A stretch of DNA of 64,000 bases from Vicugna vicugna (Eukaryota), in assembly GCA_013265495.1 (NCBI GenBank), contig MU058687.1:5144093-5208092 (forward strand). The letters are read 5' to 3'. Positions within the stretch are counted from its first letter, which is position 1. Every line of letters begins with the position of its first letter. The notes beneath the pieces were generated by a model that searched no databases, had not been told where the DNA came from, and was given only the letters and a program-made list of their open reading frames with translations. The position numbers and the translations under genes were made by a program. This document shows, piece by piece, positions 1 through 12,360 of this stretch.

Positions 1-179
1 ATTCCAATAAAATAGTAGGTAAGAGAGGCTCAGACCCTGACCTGAAGCTTTCAGTCCAATTGGAAAGTCACACAATTACAAAAGTCAAAACAAGGAAAAC
101 AAAGTAAAATTGGTACATCCAGAAATCAGCTGTAACTAATTTAGTCTAGGGTCTGGGTGGTCCAAAGTCTTCCTTAGTG

Positions 180-485
180 ACTAGACAATGTTTTCCAATC
201 TCCCTTGCAATTAGCTGTGACCATGTGTTTGAGTTCTCGCCAATAGAATGAGAGAATGTTTTTTCAGTCCTGGCCAATAAAAACCTCCCACGTCGTCCTC
301 TACCCACTCCTCCACTGCCAGACAGCTACATATTAGTGCCCAAGGTGACCTTGGAAGTCACATAGAAAGAGCATCACTCCCCCAACACACGTACATGTAT
401 ACTCTCACATTGAGTGGATGTTATAAAGAATATGTTTCTATTGTACTAAACCTTTGAGATTTTGATGTTTACCAATTACACCAGT
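180..485 (+). mobile_element. Old MaLR LTR (MLT1 family), degraded
   Basis: MLT1-like motifs 'tcccttgcaattagctgtgaccatgtg...gccaatagaatg' and 3' 'ttctattgtactaaacctttgagattttg'. Family from recalled consensus. Confidence 0.6.
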
Positions 486-496
486 GAATCTTAAAA

Positions 497-665
497 TGTG
501 GTTATGAGAACAGCAGCAGTAGTACCACCTCAGAACTTGTAAGAAATGCAAATTATTGGGCCCCATCCTGGGTCTACTTAAATATGGAATTAGACACTCT
601 GGAAGTGGGGCCAGCAATCTGTGGTTTATAATAAGCCCACCAGGTGATTCTGATATGAACGAATC
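497..665. mobile_element. MER5A-like hAT-Charlie DNA transposon
   Basis: 'cagcagcagt..cacctcagaacttgtaagaaatgcaaattattgggccccatcc...gtggggccagcaatctgtg...caggtgattctgat' matches MER5A. Confidence 0.8.
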
Positions 666-1299
666 TTCCTTTACACCCAAGAAGAACGTCATGCTGCCTT
701 CAGGGAAACCCTAACTCCCATGTAGCTGTCTCTGCTCTACATTTCCCATACTAAGCCAAGTATGGGAGAACTCTTGGATGTTTTCAACCTCCTCAGGCAC
801 TGCCTGGGATGTTAGGTACAGGCGAAGATAAATCTCCAGCCAGATTTACCTAGTGGAGTGGCGGTGGAAGGACCCTGTCTTATGTGCAAATAACATAATC
901 TAATTATATGGCTTCCATTTTAACCATCTCAGCCAAGTTTTCCTTCTCTGGGGCTAGGAAAACTAGCTCTTAAACATGGCAGTGGTTTCATGCATTTTGC
1001 TAAATCTGTTCTTTATGGTATAAAATTTGTATCTTAGGGTTTTTTGTTGTTGTCTTTCAAGCTTTGTATATTTGTTCTTGTTTTTGTCTGATATACTCAT
1101 GCTTCAGCTTTCTCCTATGAAAGTAATTCTCATAAATTTCAATCAGATTTCATAGCTCAAAAAGCTTAGATACACTTCTGAATGTGTCTATTTCAATCAT
1201 CTTTTTAATTTGTGCATGATTTCTACTGAGTTTTCCATAAGGAAAATATTTTTCCTGCATATATATGTATGAATGGACACTTATATTGGGACTTTCCTA

Positions 1300-1995
1300 T
1301 TTTTTTGTTTCTTATGTGGTAAGGGTGCTTAACATGAGATCTGCACTTTTACCAAATTTGTAAGGGTACAATACACTTGGTGACAGTAGGTACAACACTG
1401 TACAGCAGATCATCCAGAACTTACTCATCCTCCTTCACTGAAATTTTATGCCTGTTAATCTGTAACTTCTATGTTCCCCTTAGCCCTGACTCATTAATCC
1501 TATGAACTTGACTACTCTTGAGACCTCTTATAAATGGAATCATATAGGATTTGTCAGACATGAGGTGATAACTCGCTGTGGTTTTGATTTGCATTTCCCT
1601 GATGACTAGGGATATTGAACACTTTTTCATATACCTGTTGGCTATTTGTATGCCTTTTTCTGAGAAATGGCTCCTCCCATGTCCCTTGGCAGGTGCGGGT
1701 GGTTGTGGGAGTATGGCCACGTTGGGTTGGAGCTGAGTCCATAGAGAAATGGGGATGCTTTCCGTCCGTAGTTGGGACCGTGTTCAGTAAACCTGCCACC
1801 AGGATGTGGACCTGACCTCCCAAAGCAGCTCTTCTCAATCTTGAACTTAAATGAGATTTCACAACCTCCCATTTGTATCCCAGGGCTCCCACAAAGGCAC
1901 AGTTGCTCACGGATGGCTGCTAGGTCATTGATTAAGGGGAGTATGTAAACTGGGGTCTTCTTATTTCACCATCTTGGCTGACATCACCCTCCCTC
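1300..1995 (-). mobile_element. Internally deleted old L1 (L1MB/late L1MA-like): 5'UTR, short ORF2 C-terminal piece and 3'UTR with poly(A)
   Basis: Minus strand starts 'gagggagggtgatgtcagccaagatggtg' (L1M 5' end). It jumps to ORF2 '[31 protein letters not shown]' (~1556-1675), then to the 3'UTR ending in the T-run at ~1300. Confidence 0.75.
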
Positions 1996-2875
1996 AGTGG
2001 CATTTTTTTACAGAAATGGAAAAAGACAATTCTACAATTTATATGGAAAGAAAAAAGACCACAGATAGCCAAATCAATTGTGTTTCAGTCTTGAAGTAAA
2101 AACAAGCAAAAAGCTAGGAGAACATATTCGCAATATATATAACCCAAAAGATTATGAGATGTATATTTTAATGTATATATAATCTTACTAGTCAGTAGAA
2201 AAATGTAAATATATTGATTTATTTTTATATATGTATATCAGTATATATCTTGTTAATCAATAGAAAAAAAAAACAACCCAAACATACTGATAGGAAGCTG
2301 AAGGGAAAAGCAGAAACAGCCATGTACAAAGAAAACACATATGGCTAATCAATGTGCTCAACCACATTAGTGCTTTGTAGAAGGAAATCAAGACCATACA
2401 AGACATAATTTGATTCTATTTAATTGATTAAAAAATAAGTCAGGCCATTCTAGAACGGAAATCAACAGGATATCTACTACAGAGCACATTGAAGGGTAAA
2501 TCCATGCTTCAAATGACTTAGCATCATTGGTTATGATCGGATATCTAATAAAGGTGCCACGTCCCAGCAATTCCCCTCCTACGTACCCAAGGGCAACTCT
2601 TGCTTACGTGTCCAAGAGCCAGATTACAAGGGAGAAGGTTACCGCTGGGGAGAAGGGAAGAGGATCAAATAGGGAAGGAGCATATAAGCAGATGTAAGTT
2701 ATTGGTAAGGTTCTTGTTCCTGGAGAGAATACTAGGTTATGGGTGCTCTTTACATTATTAAAAGTAAAGCAAAATAAATGAGGGTCTTGTATGAGCAATG
2801 ACAGTGTGTTTCATAAGCCAACGTTCATGACACCTTCAACCCCACGTATATAAGGTCTATAAGAAGAAGGAAAAA
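1996..2875 (+). mobile_element. Old L1 fragments (ORF2 piece and degraded L1ME/HAL1-like 3' parts)
   Basis: ~2000-2080 resembles ORF2 'FFTEMEK.ILQFIW..KRPQIAKS'. 'cccagcaattcccctcct' at ~2563 is a typical L1 ORF2-end motif. Confidence 0.6.
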
Positions 2876-5244
2876 TAATCTTTAAGTTTTTGCAATCAAA
2901 AGCTTTAGTTTCTGAAACAGGTAAGATGTGTTGTTTATTATTATTATTTTTTGCTTCTCTTAGCAGCTTTACTCTCCTGAGGCCCTAGATAAATTCCACA
3001 GAGTAAAAGAAATCATTACTAGGAGCTAAACAAGCATTTGGCTGGTATACGAAAATATTCTCTCATTATTAATGATGTTTAGATTTACACTATCAAGAGA
3101 TTTTCATTTAAGCAGAATTATAGGGTTTTCATGAACCATCTTGAATGTTAATAAATTAACATATCCTGTAATTTTCAAAAAGTCTGAGATAGAAAGATAA
3201 ATATGCATGATTAGCTACTTGCTAGTCATTTATCTTGAGACAAAGCAATTGTTCCCATTTATTTGTGAAACACAAACATGTACTGTCTACCTAACTTCCT
3301 CATGGACATGCAAGGAAGAAAGGAATTTCCTTTTTTTCAAAGAAAACTGATGCATTGTGAAAAGTATCAGTGAAGGAAAATCTTGATACCCACACAATTT
3401 ACCCAAGAATAAAGGTCCTTTGTAACACAGTTAAAAAAATAATTTCCCCAATCCTAAGCATCCTTGGTGATAGCTCTTATCCAGCAACATGGGTAACATT
3501 CTTAGAATGTAAGTTATGACTTTTAATAAAGGATATTTCCTTTTGTTTTTGAAGCATTAAAACAATTTAATATTAGTTCTTCAACTTGGAAATAGAGGAA
3601 ATATTATAGAAATAGAGGAAATAGAACTGGAGGAAAAAGTATAACCTTATAACCCCTGACAATCATTATATGATGAACATGGTTCTGAGATATACAATTT
3701 AAAAATTATCCTCACTGACAAATGCCTGACTATATTAATTCAAATTATTAAAGCTGAGTAGAGGTAATCTTCCCTTAAGCAAATTTAGTAGGCAAAAAGA
3801 AACAATATGAAGTCCTAAATAGATTTTTTTTAAGGGAATGGTTATATGGTTAAATAAAGATCCAACTTATGCTCCGTAAGATTTGATTTTTGTTTATTTT
3901 TAAAATCTGAATTTACAATTTTAAAAATAAGATCTTTACACACACACAAAAAATTACCTCTAGCTATGAATAACTATAGTTAACAAAGTAAACATCCAGT
4001 TGTTTGTGTCATTATTTATATATTAAACAATACAGAAAAAAATATTCAGCAACAGGGAATTATTTAACTTACGTTACATCATTAAAATAATGCAATTAAA
4101 ATAATGACTATCCTTTGTGGTACTTCTTTAAATTGGTTTAAAGACATTAAAATTCATGTGTATAACATTTATCAGTATGAGCAAAAGCTTATGACATGAT
4201 ATTAAGTTTAAAAAGATACAGTAAATGATTGATGACAATTAGGTACAGTCGTAACTAGTGAAAAATGACTAGGAGGCAGGTGCATTACGTTTCATTATTG
4301 TCATGGCTTTGTGTTGGGATAAGAAGTTATACTTTGTAGTATCAAAATTTTTACAGAAATTACAACTACCATGATAAGCATCTTGTGGAACAATCTCTGT
4401 TCATATCCTTTATCATTGCCTTACTATATATTCCTGTAACTAGATGTATTAGGTCAAAGAATGTTTTCATAACTTATCTAGTGCTAATAATTCTGTCCAC
4501 AAAAATTGTACAAATGTATAGTTCAACAAGCAGTAGGTAAGGATGCCCCCATTCTAATTTTTTAAAAGAAAGAATGGTGATAGAATCCACTAATATTTGA
4601 GCTTTCTTTTATTCCAAAAGTGGTTTTAAGATACCATTGTGTTTTATGATTACTATGGAAAATATGTGACGGAATTGAGAAGAAAGCATTAAGCCATGTG
4701 CTGCTGCTTCTAAGTGTGGTAACAAGTGCCTTGGGCAATTGCCCAAGGTTGTCTCTGATTAGGAAGCTTTGTAGAGATCCCCAGGAAATACAATCCCCAC
4801 TAGGTTATGTAGCCAAGGTAAAGAAGGTCCTGACAGCTCTGAGTGAGACCATGCTGCAATTACCACCCTTTGAAGACAACTTCTAGTCTCTGTGGGTATA
4901 GTAATTTATGTCTTATTTTTCTCACTTTTGAGAATATTTCTTATTTTTACACAGCTTTATTTGCCTGGTTTTCTCATGCTAATGTTTAAATACTTTATAC
5001 AATTTTTGCCAGGATTTTACTTAAACTTTTCAATAAACTGTAAGATTTTAAAGATGGAATCACAATACAATCATTTTTTATCTAGTTACTTGGTAAATCC
5101 TACAAAAATGGTAAAATACTTTCTGAATTTAAAATGAAAGGTTCAGCCTTCTTTTTACTTCATTTAATTTTTGTTTCATTGTAAACTGTGCCACTTTGCT
5201 TTGGACTTTGTTGCCTGAAATTTTCTAGAATTGTAACACATGTA

Positions 5245-5470
5245 TATAATGTAGTGATTAAGGGGGCATAATAAAGTCTGGAACCAGAATACCTAGATTT
5301 GATTCTTTCCTTTTTATGCAGCTGCAGTTCCTTCATCTAATGTAAGGATAACAGTAGAAACTGCCTCAAAAGGCTTTTATGAGCTTAAACAAGATAATAT
5401 ATAGAAAACTTATGATAAATTTGTATACAATACATCACTAAGTACGTGCCAAGAACTGTTTCATTTATCA
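5245..5470 (+). mobile_element. MIR SINE
   Basis: 'tgtagtgattaag...tctggaaccaga..acctagattt...cagttccttcatct..taaggataacagtag...cctca'. Confidence 0.7.
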
Positions 5471-5534
5471 TCTTTATTATCATCATCATCACCATCACCA
5501 TCATCAAACGTATGGCAGAAAACCTTCAAAATGA

Positions 5535-5665
5535 GTAGATCTCAAACCTTGGCGAGTGGTTTTGAATGAAGATTCTTGGGTCCCCCTCCCAAAGATTCTG
5601 ACTCAGGATGTACAGCTGGGATTCAGGTGATCAGTGGTCAACTGACTACATTTTGAGAACTTCTG
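5535..5665. mobile_element. MER5-like hAT fragment
   Basis: 'tctcaaaccttgg...gattcttgggtccccctcccaaagattctgactcag...cattttgagaac'. Confidence 0.6.
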
Positions 5666-6029
5666 AACTTCTGACTTATTTAGGGATCAAGGTAAGGAAC
5701 TTGGCTCTCCATTTTTTTTTTTTTTAAAGAAGTGGAAACTATCAGAAAAACTGTTTCAACTGGGCAACCCTTTTCCAAATGGATTATCCTTGTCAATTGC
5801 AAATAACTGTTGATAATTTACTAAATGATACATGTCTTTGAGGGTAAATCACCCTCTTGCTTTTCTTCCTGATGCTTTCCTTCTGGGAAATTTCATTGTT
5901 CTGTGATGCCACAAGTGGGTGTTAGACTTAAACAGAAAGAGGAGTGGACCCAAAGCCGCGGACCCATCAGAAGCACGGAAAAGTGGTCGAGACTGGGATA
6001 CTAATGCTGCGTGGCCAGGTGCATACTCT

Positions 6030-6120
6030 GGCTTAATCACTTAACTTCACTGTGCATACTTGGTCTGTAAAATAGGGAACTAATAGTATCTAACTTATAG
6101 CCTTGTTGTAAAAATTAATA
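6030..6120 (+). mobile_element. MIR core fragment
   Basis: 'tcacttaacttcactgtgc...tctgtaaaatagggaactaatagtatctaacttatag..ttgttgt'. Confidence 0.65.
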
Positions 6121-6824
6121 ACAGGACTTTGAAATAGCATAACTAAAATTAAAGTGCATTTTAATTAATCATCTTCCTCCAGCTGCCTTCCTCCCAAAAT
6201 GTTGGCAGTCATTGATCAAATAATGTACCCTATCTCTTCCTCTCCCCAGGCAAAGATGCTGTGCATGATACAGAATACGAATTAAAAAAGGAAATGTGGA
6301 ACACTGGTCAAGCAAAATGTATTGCTCTGCCCGCAATTTCCCCTTCTCTACTCCAGATATTAAAAACTAATTCTCTCAGTTATTCACTGCTGGCAGAAAT
6401 GATTAATTTAATCTTTATAGATAAAGTAAAATGTTTGGACTAAAGGAGCAAATACTCTGCTGAGGCTAATTGTAAGGCACATTTGGGTGAATAATTCATT
6501 GTGTGCAGTATAATGATATCATAGATGGTTAGCCAAGAACAAACATCAATTCTATAAAGAGAATTAAACTAAAACCAAGTCCATTTGGCAGCAGAAAATG
6601 AATATAGTCCTTCCAGCCAATATGGATCTTGTCTTCATTAATCCAACCAGGGCTCAGAAAGATTCCATTATTACCAATTTATGATAACCTATCATGTATG
6701 CCTTTATTTCTCAGCACAGAGTCTCCACATTAAGTAAAATATTTAGAGTATCCCATGGTGTTTGGAAATGTGTTAGAATAAGACAGACGTTGGAAACATC
6801 ACACGCTAATGCAGTTTTGTGGCT

Positions 6825-6965
6825 ACAGGCGTGTGACTTAACCTCCATGAGTTTTCAGGTTCGCACCAGAAAAATGGGGAAAACAAACATCAGGTTGTTG
6901 TGAGGATAATATGAGACTCGTTTGAAGCATCATTTAATATAATGCTGGTCTCATAGTAAATATTG
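6825..6965 (+). mobile_element. MIR core fragment
   Basis: 'tgacttaacctccatgagttttcagg...aaaatgggg...ggttgttgtgaggataatatgaga'. Confidence 0.65.
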
Positions 6966-7184
6966 GATCAGGGAGAAATATAGAGATGTGCAGTGTGTGT
7001 ACATGTGCCTATGTATATGTAAGTGTGTATACACATGTTATAAATAATATTTCTATTTATTTACCCACCTGTCATCCAGCTAGCTTCTAGTGTACCACCC
7101 AGCCCTATTCATTTCTGTTTTTCAAGGTGTTGTCTTTTCCTCTACAAGTTTTATTATCCCCATCAACAAGTACAAAAAGAAAGC

Positions 7185-7780
7185 AGATGGAAAAATCCTT
7201 TTCCTCATTAGTGGTTAAAAATGCAAATGATAGCACCTTGGAAACTGGAAATGAGGATTTAAAAAAAGATAACATGAGCGGATGTGGCTAAGATAAATCA
7301 GTTCCTTTCTAACAATACTGTATAATTGTTTGGTAAAGCGATATTTCAAAAGGAAGAACCAGAAATGTGCTAACAGCCCAGCATCTCTTCTCTAGAAGTA
7401 TATCCAAAAGGAATAATCTGCCAGAAACAAAAATTTAGTGACACAGTTAATACCTTCATGGATAAATCTAAAATAGCAAAATTCAAACAAATAGCCCAGT
7501 GAAAGGTTATAGTTTATAGCACAACCAATAGAATGTTACAAACCATTATGATGGTAATAATATACACAACACGTAAAATATATAAAACATGAAAAATGTT
7601 TATGACAATGTAAACACAAAAATGCAGTAAATTGTATATTGTGATTATAACTATTTAAGCTGTGTACATGGGAAAGGTACAGCAAAATATTTGAACTTTC
7701 AGTAAGGTAGCATTACGAGCAACTTCTACAATCACAATTTTTTGACATTGTTTAATCTTTTCTTTATTGAAAAGTGAAGA
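7185..7780 (+). mobile_element. Degraded L1ME-like 3' fragment
   Basis: 'cctcattagtggttaaaaatgcaaat', 'cccagcatctcttctctagaagtatatccaaaaggaataat', 'aattgtatattgtgattataactat'. Confidence 0.55.
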
Positions 7781-8540
7781 TTAAAGTGTGATCTACTCTG
7801 ACAAAATCTTCCGAATATACTGACACTATTGGCATTTTCTTGTCTTTTTAAAAATAATACAATACCATTTATTTTTGGTGCTTTTCTGAACCTTACATTA
7901 TTTCCCTCACTTCTGCTTACTTAATCTCTTCCCAAAAAGGCTTTCTTTAAACCTTTTGAGGACAACAGTCGGGTAATTTCCATTTTAAAAATATCTTGCC
8001 ATATCTAGCCTAGACTGAAGATTCAGTAAGCGTAAGTTGAAGAGAATCGGCAACACATACAAATGAATCACAAAAATATTACCAATATACTTAGATAAAA
8101 TTGATTTATCAATTTGGAAACCAAACTAAGAAGTTTGTCAGACACCTTCACCCAGAGAATATGGACACAGAAATGCATTTGGGGTTCGGTTCTCTAGGTC
8201 CCTTCAAGGTTCACCCACTTAATCCCTCTTGAAGTCTGGTGTCACTAATGTATCGCCTCCTACAGCTATTCTTTCTGCCCAGCGCTCTTCGAGATGTGCA
8301 CATTTCTTTGATTTTTTTCCCCCAAACACCATACCAGCCATTTACGTTAATCAGACTTAATCAGAGATTTTGGAAAATAGATACACACGCACATGGTGAA
8401 AACTTTTGAAAACTGAATATTGGACACTGCTCGTATCAGTCAGGGTCAAGTTAGGAAAACAGAAAGCACACTAGGCATTTTAACAGAGAGAAAATTATAT
8501 AGAGAACGTAATATAGGGAACATAATATAGGCATCGGAGA

Positions 8541-9431
8541 TGAGAAACTGAACGTACACACTGTCGACTGAAATCAATACGCAGCCTAAAAGTTGAGAGT
8601 TGTTTTATTTGGCGGGAGGACTCAAGCCGGGATGACAGCCTCTCAGATCGCCCTGAGGGACTGCTCCGAAGAGGTAGGGGAGGAGCCAGGATATATAGGA
8701 GCTTTACAACAAAGCCCAGGGAGTTGGAACAATAAAAGATTGCTTGTTATCTAAGGAAAACCAGGTACCTCAAGTTAAAGAATTTAGTGCTCTTCTGTGT
8801 ATGGGAGGAAGCAAACATTTGGGCCCATTGAGTTCATTCCTTTGACAAGCACCTAGCTATCTAGGACTAGTATCGTGTCCTTTCTTATTCTGAGTCCCCT
8901 CGGGGTGCACCACTGTGAGTGGCTGCAGAGGATGCCTGTCACTGGGGGGTGGCGGCAGCCGCTGATGACTTGGTTTTAGCATTCTCTGTTTACTGATATG
9001 GTTGCAGTATTTTCGTTCACAAAATGAACAACATTCTATCCACATATGACAATAGAGCTCTGTCAACCTCTGTTAGTAATCAACACAGAATGATCAAGAC
9101 TACCAGCTTCTCTGTTTTTTTTTTTTTTTTACTGTTCCCTTTGGGGATCATATCAAGCCAATATGCTCCTGAAAACAACCACCTAAGACACTCTGCTTCT
9201 AGCTGGACTGCCTCCAGCTTCCCCATTCCAACAGCTTCCAGTTAGAGCATGCACAAAAGCTTCCTTTTCCTGTTTTTATTTATTTATTTTTTTACTAGAA
9301 AGATTTCCCATTCTCCAGTTGCCTTTGAGTCTCTGCTAGTGCAAGTGATGGTGGCTGACTCTCTTGCAATATAGCCAGCTCTGAATCAATAGCTTCTGTT
9401 CTCATTTGGGTGTTCTTTGTTTATTTCCATA
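8541..9431 (+). mobile_element. Old ERV1-type LTR (MER89/MER90/MER110-like), interrupted by a MER41-like LTR
   Basis: Starts 'tgagaaactgaacg', resumes at 9022 'aaatgaacaacattctatcc..atatgacaatagagctctg', ends 'ttctcatttgggtgttctttgtttatttccata'. Confidence 0.55.
8562..9021 (-). mobile_element. MER41-like solo LTR (artiodactyl MER41 group)
   Basis: TG...CA termini ('tgtcgactgaaa...ttcgttcaca'). Diagnostic 'agcctctcagat..cctgagggactgctcc.aagaggtaggggaggagccaggatatataggag'. Minus-strand TATA (~8691) then AATAAA (8604-8609). No clean TSD. Confidence 0.8.
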
Positions 9432-9593
9432 GTGGAATGAAAGGGAAAAAAAAAAGAGCTTATACTGAGGTGATACAAAGATAATACACACAGCAAGTAG
9501 CCTCTATACCAAGGGTGGAGAAAAAAAGGATAATATCAGGACCTAGAAACTCAGACCCCATGGAGTTGGGAGAGACCATGTAGCTGATGCTAG

Positions 9594-10217
9594 TGAGACA
9601 GGAAGGGGGCAGGGCATGGTCATTCAAGGAAAACAGAAAGCACACTAGGCAATTAACATCAAAATGGTGGAAGATTCAACCCCCAGTAGGCCCTGAGGCT
9701 CAAGCTGGTGGGAGATTTGACTTTTAGCAGAACTTCAACTTCATTATATGCTCATTGTAATATATTAACACGGTAAATAACATGCCCACAGGCGCCATGG
9801 CCTTCCCAAGGCTAGCCACGAAAGGTCAAAGAGTGGGAAATGGCCAACTTCCTGGGAATCCCAGCCCCTTGCCCAGGCTACTTAGGCTGGTCCTTCCACT
9901 CATTAGCATATGAAGCCACTGAGCCCATTAAAAACTGGTGCCTTGAGGCTGCCAATGCCCTCCCTCTCTCCCTCTTTGGAGACAGCCCACACTCTGTCTA
10001 TGGAGTGTGTACCTGCTCTTAATCTGAGCACCCAATCCACACACCTCGTGGCCTTTCTCTTGCCTTTCAATGTATCTCTCCGAGTAAATGTACTTTTACT
10101 CAACTATGGCTGACTCTTAAATTCTTTCCAGTGTGAAGCCAAGGACCCACGCTTGGCAGGGCACGTCCCAGGGGCTCAATCGAAGCCTGACACAGCCCTC
10201 CTCATGCCCCTGCATCA
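9594..10217 (+). mobile_element. Lineage-specific ERV1-type solo LTR, copy A
   Basis: TG...CA termini with 4-bp TSD CTAG (9590-9593 and 10218-10221). Homologous along its length to 12828-13457. Confidence 0.9.
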
Positions 10218-11344
10218 CTAGCAAATCCGAATGTTGCAGAGGGTCGGGCTTTGCCTCTGGGGCTGAGCCCTCTGAGGAAAGGGTGCTGCCCCACTAGTGC
10301 TGCTACATATGAGAGAATACAGTGAGGCTGCTCCTGGAAGTGCCAAATGATGGAGACTAAAACCAAGACTCTCTACTGGAGTGAAGGTCTGTGTCGGGGG
10401 GCTGGTTAGGGAAACAGCAATGGGTTTGGTTGACAGGAATAGCAACTGAAGAGGAAAGAGCAAGTCCCCAGACTCATTCTGGCAAAACCTAACTAAGGCA
10501 GCCGACCAAGGAAAGTGTGCTTTGGAGCATCCAGGTGTTAGCAAAGAGAGCAGAGTATAGACGGGCAACAAAGGAGACAATCTCTCAATAATCAGCGTAT
10601 TTTCATCCAAAAAGAACTTCAACTACCCCCACTAAAGCCACTAGTTTGCTTTTTCTTCCATTGTTTGTTTGTTTGTTCCCCTCATCCCTTCCTGGATCAG
10701 CTTCATTTTCTCCAAGTTCACAAGAAACTTGACTTTTTCTTACATTGTACCCTTCTGAACTATGTCCTGGGAGGCAAAATATTTGCACCTTAAGTCAGAC
10801 AGTGGAGGTATTTTGCTTCATGGAGTCTTTGGCTGCTTCTGGAAGTTACCCCACTCCCTTGGGGGACAGAAGCAGCTGCCACCAATTGGAATTTCTAATA
10901 TGCTGTTTGTCCTTGTTGACTTTGTTATGCATGTTTCCATGATATCCGTGCATATGTGCTGGCAGATGCTCGGGTGACTGCAAAGGTGAGGTTTCTAGAA
11001 GGAGGTGGGCATTTTGCCGTGTCTCACTGTGGGAAATTGCATGTTTAACAAAGGTACGGGCATGAAGAATTAGTGGCTGGAGAGGGTAAATGTAGGCGGA
11101 TAGAGGGAATGAAGTCAGGATCAGGAAAACTCAGAGATTCCTTACCTGCAGAAGAATATTTTCTTCTGTTTACTTTTGAAAGTAATATAATTTGTGAAAG
11201 TAAGACATGGCCAACGTCAACAACAACAACAAAACAAAACAACATGTTAGTATGTAAGGAAGTGAAAATCTTTCACTATTTCATCCTCTACTATTTCCAT
11301 ATCCCAGGCATTGCCCACTCTTTATTGCTTGGTGTCAATTCATT

Positions 11345-12360
11345 TAGGCTATTATATTATGGGCAGTCACCTCCCACACTGACTCTGGATTTGGCCACAT
11401 GACTTGCTTGCCAATAAGATGATAGTGAATCTGACATAAAGAGGAGCTTGAAAAACACTTGCACATTTGGGTTTGCCTCCTTGTTGCTGGTAACTTTCCA
11501 CCATTATGGGAACAAGCCAGGTTGGCTTCCTGAAGGATGAGAGGCCATGTGGAGAGAGGCCCTGGACACTCTAATCACCCCTCCCATTCCAGAAGATGCC
11601 CGGACATGTGAGTTAAGCTCTTTCTAGACCATTCATCTGTTACCGAAAGATCGCCACCCCCACCCCCTCACCCCATCCCTGATGAGCTGAGTAACTCAGA
11701 GACTGTGTCTTGGAGCTTAGAAGAAAAGAGGAAGCTTTATTACTATGCTGGGTAAAGGGGACTTACAGCAGGCTGGTGCCTTCAAAACTGTGAGCCCACC
11801 TTGGGGATGGGGTAGGGTGGTTATATAGCCATAGCTCAAACAATAAAGCATCAATAACAGTCAACAGACTCATTTTCTCATCAGAAGACTTAGAATGGCA
11901 TCATGATGCCTCCACACGACCAAGTCTGTAGAGACCAGTGGTTGTCACTTTTTCACTCTTTATCTCGTAAGCATTCAAAGCATGGTCTTCTTGGTATTTA
12001 GCCTACTTTGTAAAGTTACAGTTCTGCGACCTTCTCCCTGGAGATGACTCAGAGACCAAGTATGATTTTGATTTTGATTATGGGAATAAAGTAGAAAGGT
12101 AAGATCAATAGCTTTAGTTTTAACAGTGGGCCTGGAACTGTGAGTAGCAACCAGTCAGTCAGGTCAGTTGACCATGTTAAGGGCAAGTATAAGACTGAGC
12201 AATCTGTTAGCCTAAATGTGGCCATTTTATTAATCCTCCTTCACATCTTCAGCTGAATCAGAACAACTTCCAAGCCAATCCACTGAATAGTGAGAACTAA
12301 TAGATGCCTTATGTAACTGAGCTTTGAAATGGTTTGTTGTATAGTGAAAGTTAGCTCATA
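11345..12360 (+). mobile_element. MLT1 (G/H-like) LTR split by a younger LTR
   Basis: 'ggccacatgacttgcttgccaata', 'gagaggccatgtggagagagg', resumes after 12247 and ends 'tggtttgttgtatagtgaaagttagct'. Confidence 0.7.
11638..12243 (-). mobile_element. Lineage-specific ERV1-type solo LTR
   Basis: TG...CA termini with TSD CATC (11634-11637 and 12244-12247). Minus-strand AATAAA near 11736. Minus strand starts 'tgaaggaggattaata'. Confidence 0.85.

Larger units (their letters stand above)
8432..10598 (-). mobile_element. Ancient LTR (LTR33/LTR79-like), split into three parts by younger LTR insertions
   Basis: Begins 'gtatcagtcagggtc..ttaggaaaacagaaagcacactaggcattttaacagagag', resumes at ~9432-9593 and 10218-~10598. 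Exact family uncertain. Confidence 0.55.

Noticed and set aside
3588..3625. Short direct repeat 'gaaatagaggaaata' twice
   Set aside because: Simple local slippage duplication in AT-rich DNA.
8562..9021. Interferon-gamma-inducible MER41 enhancer
   Set aside because: I found no TTC-N3-GAA site in this copy on reading it through.
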